Shown here: positions 28,330-43,289 of the stretch, piece after piece
Position numbering within the stretch: position 1 is the stretch's first letter
Layout: every line of letters begins with the position of its first letter
DNA from: Eledone cirrhosa
Taxonomy: Eukaryota
Assembly (NCBI GenBank): GCA_964016885.1
Contig: OZ024751.1
Coordinates: 31,310,001-31,374,000 of the forward strand
DNA: 64,000 nucleotides
Direction of reading: 5' to 3'
The notes under the pieces: generated by a model
What the model was told of the DNA's origin: nothing
Databases searched by the model: none
What the model saw: only the letters and a program-made list of their open reading frames with translations
Program-made: the position numbers and the translations under genes

Positions 28330-28815
28330 ATTCTTCTTCTTCATTTGTAAGTCTGTTAGTATAGCTACCTACATCATTGCTTCCCCATTGATACAAACAT
28401 GGACCATTTGGGAGAACGGTCCCTGGTGAGCAGAACTCCAGGCCCAAACCATCTTGTGGTCCGAGAGGAAAGAATGGAGAAAGAATTACAGCATAGCTGT
28501 TTCTTCCTCTTCTTCGCCCACATATTCCTGAGAGGGGAGTTGGTGCAGAGTCCTCAGACACTCCTTACAGCAGGTCATGTCAGAAGCAACTGTCTCCAAT
28601 TGATCCGACTCAATCCCCAAGTATGACCAGCTGAGCTCATGGCTGTTATCCAACCATCTTGCTCGGGGTGGGTCTAACCCTGGGTCTCCTGCCAGTTGAT
28701 TTTGCTCATAAAATCTGTCCAGCAATTCTTTCCTTAGACATTCTAACCACATGTCCATAATATCGGAGATGTGATCTCTCAATTTGTAAAAGTAGCAGCT
28801 CTACCTGGAGCAACT
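28330..28815 (-). mobile_element. Decayed RTE-type LINE 3' end
   Basis: QIERSHLRYYGHVVRM...RPR.., RARWLD.., with stop and frameshift; (GAA)-rich tail. Confidence 0.75.
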
Positions 28816-29064
28816 CTGTGACTGACACTGATGTATTCACCTGCTAAAAACAGCAGCCACATTTCTCTCTCTAATTACATTACATCATCTTAAATAAGGA
28901 AGAATACATTGAACTTTGTAGTCTGTGATATGAATAAGAAAAGATAGGGTGGTTATGGCGAGATTGTCATTTGATTGATCGTATATATCTGCAGAACCAG
29001 GTCAAACCTTGCACTAAACAAATGCTCCACTTAATGGCTATAAATATGTGTAAGGTGGGGGCTA

Positions 29065-29312
29065 GAGTATATAGGGTTAGAGTTAGGGCTAGTGATAGGG
29101 TTAGAGTTGGGGTTTGAGTTAGAGTTAGGGCTAGTGTTAGTGATAGGGTTAGGGTGAGTGTTAGGATTAGGGTTAGGGTTCATGATAGGGTTAGGGTTAG
29201 AGTTGGGGTTAGAGTTAGGGTTAGAGTTAGGGTTAGAGTTAGGGTACATTAAGTATTCTAATAAATGCATGTAACATAGGGGTTAGAGTATATTAGGTTA
29301 GGGTTAGAGTAT
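29065..29312. repeat. Degenerate interstitial (TTAGGG)/(TTAGAG) repeat
   Basis: Many ttaggg/ttagag hexamers. Confidence 0.85.
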
Positions 29313-30533
29313 TTTAGGTATTCCAATAAAATTGTTTTATGAAAGAAAATTTGTTGTAAATTTTTTTATTGTTAATGAAATCATTGATCTCTAATATATA
29401 TTGATTTTGTTCTATTTCTACACACAATTGAGAAACACACCTACTGATAGAGATTGACATTTATAATTACAGGTGTGAAATTTGGATATAATTACAGGTG
29501 TCAGCTAAATATGAATTAACATTTGTGAGTATAGATGAACCAAGACATGACTGTTGGTATATAACACACCTCTAAGTGGTAGCTTGATCTACTAGAAATA
29601 GCAACCAAAAGGATAGAATACATTGGTTAATGTAGTTTTAGATACAACCATTAATCGGCTTCATCAGGCTTGTTCAGGTGCTAAATAGCAACAATAATTA
29701 TACTGAAATAATACAAACATAGACATAAAGCACACACACTCATACACTAATATACACTCATACATACATATGTACACATAAGCACACAAACACACACAGA
29801 GATATAATATACACACATACACGCACTCATAAACATACATACAGATATGCACACACACACACATACATATGCACAGTGCCAGTTGTAATCATTCTTTCTC
29901 TGTAATTCACCTGTATGTTATCCTCAAAACTGCAATATGTAGCTAACCACCACTACTATGGCCCACACCACAACATGTAGTAACTAACCACCACCAATAC
30001 CATGTCCCACACATGTAACCTCGTAGTAGACCAGCTAAACCTACATAGATGTGAGCTGTAACAACATGATAGGATTTGGGCCCCATCATTAAATCACCCA
30101 AGAAACCTCCAATGAGATACAACCCTGTAGTAGACCAGCTAAACCTACATAGGTGTGAGCAGTAGATTTAATGAAGTTGTTTTTTAGCCATCATTGAAAT
30201 TGAAGATCAGATTGAATAAGTTAGTGTGAGATTCATTCTACCTGAACAGATGATGGTCAGGTCACATGACAACACCTGTACAGTAATTAGTACTTAGCTG
30301 TTGTTGTTGTTACCTGGTCACATCACAACACCTGTACAGTGTATAGTACTTAGCTGTTGTTATTGTTTGTGGTGGTGTGGTGTGGTGGTACAGTGATGTT
30401 GTGGTGGTGTAGTTGAGTATTTAGAAATGCAGTGACCTGCCAACTGCAATGAAAGACACACACACTCATACATATATATATATATATATATTATATACAC
30501 ATACACTCATACATATACACACTATATAATGTA

Positions 30534-30901
30534 CTAGCAGATTTACCCAGCATTGCCCGGGGTTTGAAATGCAACAAAGAATGAACAGGAAACAAACAAT
30601 AATATTAGTGATTTATCTTCAAATGGATCTGATGTTTATATTTCTGTCAATAAAGTTGGTTATCTCCCTTTTTTATAAGGATTGTCAATAAAGTTGGTTA
30701 TCTCCCTTACATCAATTTTGATATCGATTTTTTATTGCTCAACGTGGGTCGATTTGAAAAATGTTTGTGACATGACAATTTTAGCGACCTGTGCAACGTG
30801 CACAGAAAATTTGGTCAAATTCAGTTGGTAATTGTAAAAGCCTTAAGTATGCAAAGTTGTACACAGACACACACACATCCTCGCTTTTATATATATAAAG
30901 A
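30534..30901 (-). mobile_element. Non-autonomous Helitron
   Basis: Minus strand: A|TC start, internal (TG)n, subterminal hairpin cccgggcaatgctggg, CTAG|T end. Confidence 0.8.
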
Positions 30902-31849
30902 TATATATATATATACACAGATACACATACATATACACACACAGACACTCATGCATACACACATATACACACAAACACAGACACACACATGCACACACAG
31001 ACAGAGACACACACACACACAAACAGGGACACACCCAAAAATAACAAGTCACTCAACTCTGTCAATTATACATGTTGGCTATTGAATAAATGGTGAGGCA
31101 CTGTAAACTGAATGGTAGAGAGTGGTGGGGTGGTGTGAGAGAGAAAGGGTGGTGAGAGAGGGTAGTGTGAGAGAGTGAGGGTGGTGTGAGAAAGAGAGAG
31201 AGACAGTGGAACTATAGACTGAATAGTAGAGAGAGAGATAATGGGAGAGTGAGAGAGAGAGGGGGGAGTGGGGCACAGTGGACTGAATGGGAGAAAGAAA
31301 TAATGAGAGGAGGTGTGGCATGTGAGAGAGAAAGAGTGTGAGAGGAGAAAGAGGGAGGAGAGAAGGGAGTGTGTATGTGTGAGAGAAAGGAGGGAGTGTG
31401 TGTGTGTGAGAGAGAGAAAGAATGTGTCAAAGAGAGGGCAGAGAATGTGTGTGTGTGTGAAAGAGGAGTTGAGGGAGAGATAGTGTGTGTGAGAGAGAGA
31501 GAGAAAGAAAGAATGCGAGAGAGAGAGGGAAGAAAATGTATGAGTATGTATATGTATGTATGTGTGTGTATATATCTACATACATACATATGTATATATG
31601 TACATATGCATGTATGTATGTGTATGTATATGTACGTGTATATATATATGCATGTATGTATATGTATGTATGTGTATATATATATGCATGTATGTATATG
31701 TATGTATGTGTATATATATATGCATGTATGTATTTGTATATATATGTATGTGTTTGTGTGTGTATGTATATTTGTGTATGTTTATGTAAGTATTAATTTA
31801 CCTTAGTTTTTTATCTTTCTTTAGTCATGACCTAAAAGTTATATAATAC

Positions 31850-32170
31850 CTGTATACCTTGGTATGTACAGGTAATACAAATACCATCATACCTTGGTAT
31901 GTACAGGTAATACAAATACCATCATACCTTGGTATGTACAGGAATATAATAAACATATGATACCAATATACTTTGAAATGTACAGGCTTATAGACATACA
32001 AATACCTGTATATCTTGGTATGTACAGGTATATAGATATACAAATACCATCATACCTTGGTATGTACAGGTAACAGGTAATACAAATATCAGTATACCTT
32101 GGAATGTACAGGTATATAAGCAAACATATAATATCATAATACTTTGGTATGTACAGGTATATAGAGATAC
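31850..32170. repeat. Degenerate minisatellite (taccttggtatgtacaggtaatacaaataccatca)
   Basis: Direct inspection. Confidence 0.8.
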
Positions 32171-32254
32171 AAATAAACAAACTGAAACTTCAACGTCACT
32201 AACATTTTTATTGGAAAATATATTTCTAAACTCTAGCCACCACTATTGAACGTT

Positions 32255-32485
32255 TTAAATATCGGTACTTTATTTTATCAACCCCAGTACGTTACTGGTA
32301 CTTTATTTTATCGGCACCAATGCATTACTGGTACTTTATTTTATCAAGCTCCAACCCACCCCAGTATGTTACCACTACTTATTTTATCAACCCTATAAGG
32401 ATGAAAGAAAAACTAACCTCACCAGGATTTGAACGCAGAACATAGACATTGCTGTACGCCACAAAGCATGGTGTCCAATGCTCAG
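32255..32485 (-). mobile_element. Nin-like SINE with repeated core segment
   Basis: About four tandem ggtactttattttatc motifs followed by aacctcaccaggatttgaac. Confidence 0.7.
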
Positions 32486-32499
32486 CCCTTGGTGTTCCA

Positions 32500-32657
32500 A
32501 CCTCTGAATACTGGATGTTGGAATGTAAGAACTTTACTGGATTCCAGTCCAGTAAACTCGCCCTGAAAGAAGATCTGCTTTGGTGTCGAGGGAACTCGAT
32601 CGCTATAGCATGGACATCGTTGCTCTTTCAGAAACGAGATTGGCAGGTGAGGGTCGT
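32500..32657 (+). mobile_element. RTE/BovB-like apurinic endonuclease N-terminal fragment
   Basis: GCWNVRTLLD / [32 protein letters not shown] with one frameshift. Confidence 0.85.
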
Positions 32658-32660
32658 ACG

Positions 32661-32692
<32 letters not shown>

Positions 32693-32754
32693 TATATATC
32701 TACGTATATACATATATACATATATATATATATGTACGTATATATACATATATA

Positions 32755-33402
32755 CTTCTGGAGCGGCTTATTTCGGGTTTGGCTGGGGCATGTTGCGCGA
32801 GTAGGATGGGCATAGTTCGTTTGAGACCTAGGGTGGGCGAATCTGCATCCCATCCCTGTCTCTCCATGCCAGCATGTCCCGTTCTTGAAAATCTTGCACA
32901 TTACTTGGTTTTTTTTTGCTCCCAGTGTCTCGGTGCTTTCTGTTCTTCCTTTGAACAGTTGTCCACTGGTCCCTCTGCGCTTGGTTCTCCTTCGGAAGGT
33001 GATTTCGCTTTTCACCTTTGCCCTTTGCTTGTTGGTTGCCCGGCTGCCCTCCCTGCCTGTGGCGGAGGGTATATCATTTTCTTTCAGGTCCGTGCTTGTG
33101 CTCTCCTCCTTTTCTTTTTCCTTTTCCTTCTCTTTCTCCTCATCCCTCTCTTCGGTTTTCTCCTCCCTGAGGACACGGCTTAGCATCGCCATATGTGGCG
33201 CTATGAGGACATACGCCTTCTCAATTTCTTTTCTCTTTATCTGTGCCAGGGTCCTCAGAAACCCATGGCTCTTCAGGTTCTCCGCCATCTTTTTGCTTGG
33301 TGGAGACCCATCAGCCACGGTCCATCCCTTGATCAAAACAGCTAATTCCATCTTTGACCAGTTTCGTTGACACCTAATTTCACCTTTTTCCTGTATGCAG
33401 TC
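32755..33402 (-). mobile_element. Probable LINE ORF1 fragment: Myb/SANT-like motif plus CCCH zinc finger
   Basis: WSKMELAVLIKGW...MAENLKSHGFLRTLAQIKRK and CKIFKNGTCWHGETGMGCRFAHP; open up to the gap. Confidence 0.55.
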
Positions 33403-33602
33403 NNNNNNNNNNNNNNNNNNNNNNNNNNNNNNNNNNNNNNNNNNNNNNNNNNNNNNNNNNNNNNNNNNNNNNNNNNNNNNNNNNNNNNNNNNNNNNNNNN
33501 NNNNNNNNNNNNNNNNNNNNNNNNNNNNNNNNNNNNNNNNNNNNNNNNNNNNNNNNNNNNNNNNNNNNNNNNNNNNNNNNNNNNNNNNNNNNNNNNNNNN
33601 NN
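33403..33602. other. Assembly gap (200 N)
   Basis: N run. Confidence 1.
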
Positions 33603-33829
33603 TCAAGCCGTTTCGACGGCTATTTCTGGACTAAATTTCGATGGCTATTTCTGGACTAAATTAGAATTTTTAGCCTGGTGAAATTCTAATTTAGTCCAGA
33701 AATAGCCGTCGAAATGGCTTGAGCTCTGCCGTCGGGGCCATACTTTTTCCTATTTCCCACTCTACTACCCTAAGTATTGAGTACTCTGGTGCGTTATGGT
33801 CCATCTGGTTCCTTACCACATTTCCTTTG

Positions 33830-33832
<3 letters not shown>
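33603..33832 (+). mobile_element. Fold-back element family B
   Basis: Inverted duplicated arms around ~33670-33681; GAAA-tggc-ttgagctct-gccg-UC; cactct...tattgagtac hairpin; ends at (TA)n. Confidence 0.7.
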
Positions 33833-33873
<41 letters not shown>

Positions 33874-33981
33874 GCATATATACATATATACATACATACA
33901 TGCATATATACATATATACATATATATATACATATACACACACACATGCATATATACATATACACATGTATATATCTATAT

Positions 33982-34020
<39 letters not shown>

Positions 34021-34792
34021 CATATATATATCTATATATACATACATATATACATACATATATCTATATATACATACATATATACATATATATATCTATA
34101 TATACATACATATATACATACATATATCTATATATACATACATATATACATACATATATCTATATATACATACATATATACATACATATATCTATATATA
34201 CATACATATATACATACATATATCTATATATACATACATATATACATACATATATCTATATATACATACATATATACATACATATATCTATATATACATA
34301 CATATATACATATATATATCTATATATACATACATATATACATATATATATCTATATATACATACATGTATACATATATATATCTATATATACATACATA
34401 TATACATATATATATACATATATACATATATATATACATACATACATACATACATATATATGTATACATACACACTCACAAATATATATGTATATATACA
34501 CACTCACAAATATATATACACACACACACACTTTCACACATATACAGCTCCTTGTGATATCTCCTTCTGAGTCATCTCTCTCAACAAACATTAACAGTGG
34601 CTGCTGTCTCTGTGTGTGTATATATAAATATATGTGTGTGACTGTGCGTGTGTGTAAATATATAAATATATAGGTGAGTATATATGTATATATGTGTGTG
34701 TGTGTGTATGTGTATATACATGTATGTATGGGTCTATATGTATATGTGTGTGTGTGTGTGCATGTATGTGTGGGTTCATATGTATATATATA

Positions 34793-34823
<31 letters not shown>

Positions 34824-34937
34824 ATCTATATGTATATATGTATGTGAGTAATGTGTGTGCACACCTGTGGGTGTATACTTGTGTGTAGCCTCAAAGAAAC
34901 AGTGACTGCTTCCATCTACTTAGTTATTGATTCTCCT

Positions 34938-35825
34938 TACACACAATACACTATCACACACACACAATACACTAACACACACACAATACACTATCACACA
35001 CACAATACACTAACACACACACAATACACTAACACACACACAATACACTAACACACACACAATACACTAACACACACACAATACACTATCACACACACAA
35101 TACACTAACACACACACAATACACTAACACACACACAATACACTAACACACACACAATACACTATCACACACACACAATACACTAACACACACACACAAT
35201 ACACTATCACACACACACAATACACTATCACACACACACAATACACTATCACACACACACAATACACTATCACACACACACAATACACTATCACACACAC
35301 ACAATACACTATCACACACACACAATACACTATCACACACACACAATACACTAACACACACACAATACACTAACACACACACAATACACTATCACACACA
35401 CACAATACACTATCACACACACACAATACACTAACACACACACAATACACTAACACACACACAATACACTATCACACACACACAATACACTATCACACAC
35501 ACACAATACACTATCACACACACACAATACACTATCACACACACAATACACTAACACACACACAATACACTCACACACACACAACACACTAACACACACA
35601 CAATACACTATCACACACACACAATACACTATCACACACACACAATACACTATCACACACACACAATACACTATCACACACACACAATACACTAACACAC
35701 ACACAATACACTAACACACACACAATACACTATCACACACACACAACACACTAACACACACACAATACACTATCACACACACACAATACACTATCACACA
35801 CACACAACACACTAACACACACAAT
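34938..35825. repeat. acaatacacta(t)cacacac minisatellite
   Basis: Direct inspection. Confidence 0.95.
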
Positions 35826-35880
35826 TCAACACACTCAAGAGGACAAGCAGTTCTCTTCAAGCAGCAACAGACTGGCTCTT

Positions 35881-37056
35881 ACACCACTATCACCACCACA
35901 ACCACCACCACTATCACCACCACCACCACTATCACCACCACCACTATCACCAGCACCACTATCACCAGCACCACTATCACCACCACCACTATCACCACCA
36001 CCACTATCACCACCACCACTATCACCACCACAACCACCACTATCACCACCACCACTTTCACCAGCACCACTATCACCACCACCACTATCACCACCACAAC
36101 CACCACTATCACCACCACCACTATCACCAACACCACTATCACCACCACCACCACTATCACCACCACCACTATCACCACCACCACTATCACCACCACCACT
36201 ATCACCACCACCACTATCACCAACACCACTATCACCACCACCACTATCACCACCACCACTATCACCACCACCACTATCACCACCACAACCACCACTATCA
36301 CCACCACCACTATCACCAACACCACTATCACCACCACCACTATCACCAACACCACTATCACCACCACAACCACCACTATCACCACCACCACTTTCACCAG
36401 CACCACTATCACCACCACTATCACCACCACCACTATCACCACCACCACTATCACCAACACCACTATCACCACCACCACTATCACCACCACAACCACCACC
36501 ACAACCACCACCACCACAACCACCACCACCACTATCACCACCACTATCACCAACACCACTATCACCACCACCACTATCACCACCACCACTATCACCAACA
36601 CCACTATCACCACCACCACTATCACCAACACCACTATCACCAACACCACTATCACCACCACCACAACCACCACCACCACTATCACCACCACTATCACCAA
36701 CACCACTATCACCACCACCACTATCACCACCACCACTATCACCAACACCACTATCACCACCACCACTATCACCAACACCACTATCACCACCACCACAACC
36801 ACCACCACAACCACCACCACCACAACCACCACCACCACTATCACCACCACCACAACCACCACTACCACAACCACCACCACCACTATCACCACCACCACTA
36901 TCACCACCACCACTATCACCACCACCACTATCACCAACACCACTATCACCAACACCACTATCATCATCTTAACCCCACTACCACCAACACCACTATTACC
37001 ATCACCACCACCACTACCACCACCATACCACTACTACCACCACCACCACCACCACT
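35881..37056. repeat. (CAC)n/CACTAT compound repeat
   Basis: Direct inspection. Confidence 0.95.
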
Positions 37057-37179
37057 ATGTTACAACAGCCAATGGTAACAGCATCATGTAATGGCAGCAA
37101 CAGAAATAGGCTGGAAAACTTGCAGCTGTCTCTTTGGTGTTCTGTCTATGTGTTCGCCGGTGTGTGTATGTGTGTGTGT

Positions 37180-37636
37180 GTGTGTGTGCATATGTCTATG
37201 TTTGTCAATGTATGTGTGTGTGCATATGTGTATATTTGTCAATGTATGTGTGTGTGCATATGTGTATGTTTGTCAATGTATGTGTGTGTGCATATGTGTA
37301 TGTTTGTCAATGTATGTGAGTGTGCATATGTGTATGTTTGTCAATGTATGTGTGTGTGCATATGTGTATATTTGTCAATGTATGTGTGTGTGCATATGTG
37401 TATATTTGTCAATGTATGTGTGTGTGCATATGTGTATGTTTGTCAATGTATGTGTGTGTGCATATGTGTATGTTTGTCAATGTATGTGTGTGTGCATATG
37501 TGTATGTTTGTCAATGTATGTGTGTGTGCATATGTGTATGTTTGTCAATGTATGTGTGTGTGCATATGTGTATGTTTGTCAATGTATGTGTGTGTGCATA
37601 TGTGTATGTTTGTCAATGTATGTGAGTGTGCATATC
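37180..37636. repeat. 34-bp minisatellite, ~13 copies
   Basis: tgtgtgtgtgcatatgtgtatgtttgtcaatgta. Confidence 0.93.
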
Positions 37637-39191
37637 TGTCTCTCTCTCTGTCTCTCTCTCTCTCTCTCAGCAGTGACAATGAAAGGAAAAACACCACCAG
37701 AATATAAAAGATACCAAAACAGGGAGAAGGAAGTAAGGAAAAAAGGAAGGAGACTGAAGGAACAACAACAACAATAGACACAACAGACATACAAGACATA
37801 ACAACAAACAACAACAGACATACAACAACAATAGACACATCAGACTACAACAACAACAAACAGACAAGAATGGGCACAGCAACAACAACAACAAACAAGA
37901 ATGGGCACAGCAACAACAACAAACAGACAACAATAGGCACAGCAACAACAACATTAACCAATACAACAACCACATTATCAACAGACCAGCAACCACCTCA
38001 ACTACATTAACAACAACATTATCAACAATGTCAACAGGATAGTTTGTTTACAAAATGTATAAGACTTTCAGATATCAACGTTTGGGAGTAGGTAAGTAAA
38101 TGGGTGCTGATGAAGTGTAACAACTCAGAAATACATGTATACACAGCTCCTAGCCTGATAGTGTAGTAAAGCTTGATATGATCACAGATTCAAATATTCA
38201 CAGCATGTCTGGATCTGTTTATTAGACCTAAGCATTTTATATTTGGCTCTATCTATGCCTTTCTTTCTCTCTCTCATATATATATACATCATAGTAAGAA
38301 ACTCTCAGGAGAGCTGAACAGCAGAGAGTCTTCAGGGAAGAAGTCCCCCTCCTTCCTCCGCACAGGTGTTTCAGCCCCTAACTCTTTACATTCTAATACA
38401 ATATGGCCAGGCCACATCCAATTCATGACGCCTGGGTGCTCTTCTGCTGTTACCTTTCAACCACTTCAATAACAGAAACTCGTATACTTAATCTGAATGG
38501 AGAGCACTTTTGTTCCTCCTTGACCATAGCTTTTTTTGCTCACCCTAAGCAAGGCAATAAACCCATTAAAATGCAAAGGGTTACTGAGAAGGGAGAAGGA
38601 CAAGACAGAGAGAACATAATTCAAGGAGAGAAAAGATGACGATTGATGTTGCTTTTGAATTGAAGGTGAGATGTGCAAGGGTTAGTGATTGCTTTTAGGA
38701 ACTTCAACTGTAAATAGATGAGACCTAGCCACCAATCTGGGGCTCATGTTTTATTAAGGTTGATTTAGTGTCCTTTCTCCGATATATTACAGGAGAGTTA
38801 TTGGAGAGTTAATTATCTGAAGAACAATTATCTGGTCACACCTACACCAACCACACCTGGCCACACCTAACAGTGTTCTATAGGAGTTGTTTTTTGTTTG
38901 TTTGTTTTTTAGGTTTCAATGATATTAAGAGGTAAGTCATAATCAACTAACAGGTACTGTTAATATATCATCAGTTGTATTAATTAACAGGTAACATTTG
39001 TTAATCAACATGGGTCAATATATCAAGTAGTGTCAATTACAGGTAATATTAATAGGTAATGTCAATTAATTAGCAGGTATTGTCACCATATTAATAGGTG
39101 TCAATATATTAAGTAGTGTCAATTGACAGGTAATATGAATTAACAGTTAAGTGACAATTAAGTATTAACAGGTATCAGTAAGCAGACAGCA

Positions 39192-39286
<95 letters not shown>

Positions 39287-39362
39287 AAAAAGGAAAAGAA
39301 TGACTTCACTTGTAGTGTTAAAAAATTTATGATTTAGTGTTATAATATATATATATGTATAT

Positions 39363-39401
<39 letters not shown>

Positions 39402-39480
39402 CATTATTCTATATACTAAACATGCACCTTTGATGAATTGTAGTGCACCTAAGCACAGTACACAATTTTCATTATTATAT

Positions 39481-39672
39481 TTATGGCGGTGGATTGGCAG
39501 TATCAGTAGAGGGTCGGACTCTATGCTTTCCAGCATAGTTACGTCCCTTTACGATCTGAGTTCAAATCCCGCCGAGGTTGACTTTGCCTTTCATCCTTAC
39601 GGGGTCGATAAAATAAAGTACCAGTAATGCACTGGGTAATTGCTGGCTTTGTGTCAAAAGTAGAAACAATTA
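39481..39672 (+). mobile_element. tRNA-headed SINE with Nin/Deu-like core
   Basis: ggcggtggattggcagtatcagtagag...gagttcaaatccc...gactttgcctttcatccttacggggtcgataaaataaagtaccag; other copies (minus) at 44450-44640, 57340-57522, 61655-61780, 62748-62923. Confidence 0.88.
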
Positions 39673-39952
39673 TTATATGTATGTGTGCGTGAGTGTGTGT
39701 GTGTGTCTATCAGTATATGTATGTAGTTAGATGCATGTGTATAATTACGTATTAGTGCCTCTATGTTTGTGTGTGTGTACATGGGTCATACTTTGGCTGT
39801 TGTATTGCGCATATGTGAATGTATCTATGTATGTAGGGATGTGTGTGTACATTTTGTATGTGTGTATTATTTATGTATCACACGAAATTATATCAATGTA
39901 AACATGCTTCTATTTGTGTGTGTGTGTGTGCGCGCATGTGTGAATATACACA

Positions 39953-39988
<36 letters not shown>

Positions 39989-40895
39989 CATATTTACAAC
40001 ACAATTTACATTCACACTGACATGTGTATGTAACTATCCATTCTTAAACAGACACACAGACACACACATAAAGAGGTCATCATTCACCATCTTGAACCAC
40101 CACCATTTACAATAACAAACCATTACACACCTCCACCAACACCAACACCAAGTATCAAACCATCACTAACCACCATCACCTCAACCACCACCACTAGCAC
40201 CACCTTAACCTCAACTAGCACCACCACTACCACCACCACCTCAACAAATTCCCCACCACCACTACCTCAACCCCTCCCCACCCCCACCTTTCTTTATAAT
40301 TTTTGCCAGACATCAAAATGAAACGAAGAATGCAAGTCACATGCAAACGCAAAAGAACTGTGCATGTGCATGTGACTTGACACTCAATCAACAGCGCTGT
40401 GTTGCACATTTCAACATAACACAATCAGTGTGATCACGATCATCATCACCATCACCAACAACAACAACAATAGTAATAACAACAACAGCAGCTGCAACAA
40501 CAACAGCAGCAATAGTAAGTGATGCTGTGATAAACATCAAAGATGATGGCAAAATGGACATTGTAAGCTTAAAAGATGTGTGTTTATGTGCATATGTGCG
40601 CATGTATATGTTTAAAAGATGTGCGTCTATGTACATGTGTGTGTGTGTGTTTAAAAGATGTGACTGTATCTGTGTGTGTATGTATGCTTAAAAAATGTAT
40701 CTGTATCTGTGTGTGTATGTATGCTTGAAAGATGTGTCTTTATGTATGTGTCAGTGTTTCTGTATAAATAGTGTGTGGATTGGTATGGAATTGGTTTACT
40801 GTAGGTTATGTATACATGTGCATGTCTTTAATGCACATGTATATATATATATATATATATACTAGCATGGAAAGTGGACGTTAAATGATGATGAT

Positions 40896-40931
<36 letters not shown>

Positions 40932-41024
40932 CATGCACACACACATAGCCACACGCACACATAGCCACACACACACACCCACACCTATACACACATACAT
41001 ATCTATATACATTTCCACATATAT

Positions 41025-41650
41025 ACCATTTTATGTCCGTGTTTCCATGCTTGCATGGGTCTTCTACAATGTACAGCCCCTCCCCCCTTCTCACCATCTC
41101 CTAAGTGAAGTTCAATGCTTTGATATCAGCTCTTACAACTTCTACCCAAGTCTTCTTTGGTCTTCCTTTACTGTACCTTCCTTCCACTTGGATCTCTTGG
41201 CACTCCTTCACCCAACAACCATCATATATTTGCATCACAAGCCCATACAAGTGCAGCAGTCTTCTCTCTTTCACAATATATGTTCATCCAACAGGGCATG
41301 CTCATTTCCTTTCTCTCCAGCCTTCATATATTATCTGCATTCATGGCCCAGATCTCCCTGTCATATTACATACAGAGCTCATACAATATATCATTCATTT
41401 CAAGAGAAAATCCCTTTGTTAATAGAAGCAACAGTTCCCAGAACTTTTCCTATCCCATTCTTATTCTAGCTACTATACTTTCAGAACAACTTACTCCACT
41501 GCACTGCTAATTAGGCCACCTAAGTAATGGAAGCTATCAGCTACTTTACTTGTACTTTCCTGGGTTTGGACACTGAACAAGCTCCACTCCACTGCTAATT
41601 AGGTCACCTAAGTAATAGAAGCTATCAACCTCTACAGTACCTTCCTGGGA
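41025..41650 (-). mobile_element. Old decayed RTE-type LINE
   Basis: Aligns by eye with 14600-15130 (gctatcagctact/acctaagta = DSF.YLG; ccatacaagtgcagc = LHLYG). Confidence 0.7.
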
Positions 41651-42902
41651 GTGGCTAAACATTTTATTTTATTGCTGCTTTATTTGAAAGGAAAAGTCAA
41701 TCATATCTGCCTCATTGTTTGACTGGTACTTTATTTATCAACCCTCGGAAGGGTGAAAGGTAAAAAGGAAGGAGGAGGAGGAAGTTATTCCAGTTGTTGT
41801 TGGAGACCTTGGTGTGGTAACAAAGAAAATCCAAAGATTGGATTACAAAGATTGGTGTGGAAATTGAAACTGTGAGACTGTGTGACTGTAAGACTGTGAC
41901 TGAAAGACTGAGACTAAGGCTGCGTGACAAAGACTGTGAGACTGTGTGACTATGTGAGACTGTGTGACTGAAAGACTGTGTGAGACTATGTGACTACGTG
42001 AGACTGTGTTGTTGGGAATAGAAAGAATTTTGGAGAACAGTTCTACAACTGGAGGACAATATTGGTCATTTATGTGTGTGTGTGTGTGTTAGTCCCCAGG
42101 GTTTCTATACCTGTAGTACCATTGGTCATTTGTTATGACAGTGCCGTGTGTGTGTGTACAGTAGTTAGTAGTGTTTTTTTCTGTATTTTATGTACACAAG
42201 AATATACAAAGAATCACACACACATTCGTCTAACCCATGCTAGTGTGAAAAGATGGACGTAAAACGGTGATGATGATGATATATATATATACACACAAAA
42301 TACAAACGATACTTATACATAAAAACAATAAGATTTAGAGAGAAATATATAGTAGGGGTGGGGTGAGGGGAAATGGACAGAGATGTGTGGGGAGGGGAAG
42401 TAACAATTGTGGGGTGGAGGAAACAATGGAGATGTGTGTGGAAGGGAGATAGCCATGGTGGGGTGGGAAGAATGGCCGGTGATGTGTGTGGGAGGAAGAT
42501 AGCCATGGTGTGGTGGGGCGTATGGACGGTGATGTGTGTGGGAGGGAAGAGGAAAACATTTGAATGTAATTTCCTGAGTGTTTCCTGATGCACCAGTTAC
42601 CCCTGCCCTTATTACTTTGTAGGCTGCACCTCTGCTGCACCTCCACTGCAACAGAATTACAATATTACAGAATATCCTGCATTAAAGATGGCAGTGATTG
42701 GTAAGAAACCAACATAATAGACTCCACTGAGGTAATATCTGGCTGATGATGATGATGGTACTTGATGGTTTATAGAAGAAAAGGGTAGTTTAGTGCAACA
42801 AATGGTGGTGGTGCTGGTAGTAGTGGTGGTGATGGATGTGGTAGTGATGATGGTGGTGGTAGTAGTAGTGATGATGGTGGTGGTAGTAGTAGTAGTGTGG
42901 TG

Positions 42903-42990
<88 letters not shown>

Positions 42991-43256
42991 CAGTAGTAGC
43001 CATACCCACTCCCACCTGACTGACAACCCCCATCACTTCTTATAAAGCCACATTTTCCTTTGATGTGGGAATAGATCCAAAGACTGGATTTCTGGTTTTA
43101 ACCAAGGAAGAGGAGAATGAAGGGCAGAGGTGGGGGTAGAAGGGAAGGGGAATGGGAGGAGGTGGAGTTGTTGAAAGGGGCGGGTGGAGAAACATGCTGG
43201 GAGTTATTTAGGTAAACTAAACTGATGGTTGTTGTTAGCAAGAGGTTGTATATGTG

Positions 43257-43289
<33 letters not shown>

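Noticed and set aside
40290-40570. Possible host exon (polypyrimidine-CAG acceptor and GTAAG donor); similar candidates near 42622-42700, 26690 and 30450
   Set aside because: Stops in all three frames at 40.3 kb and no recognisable protein; cannot be supported without transcripts.
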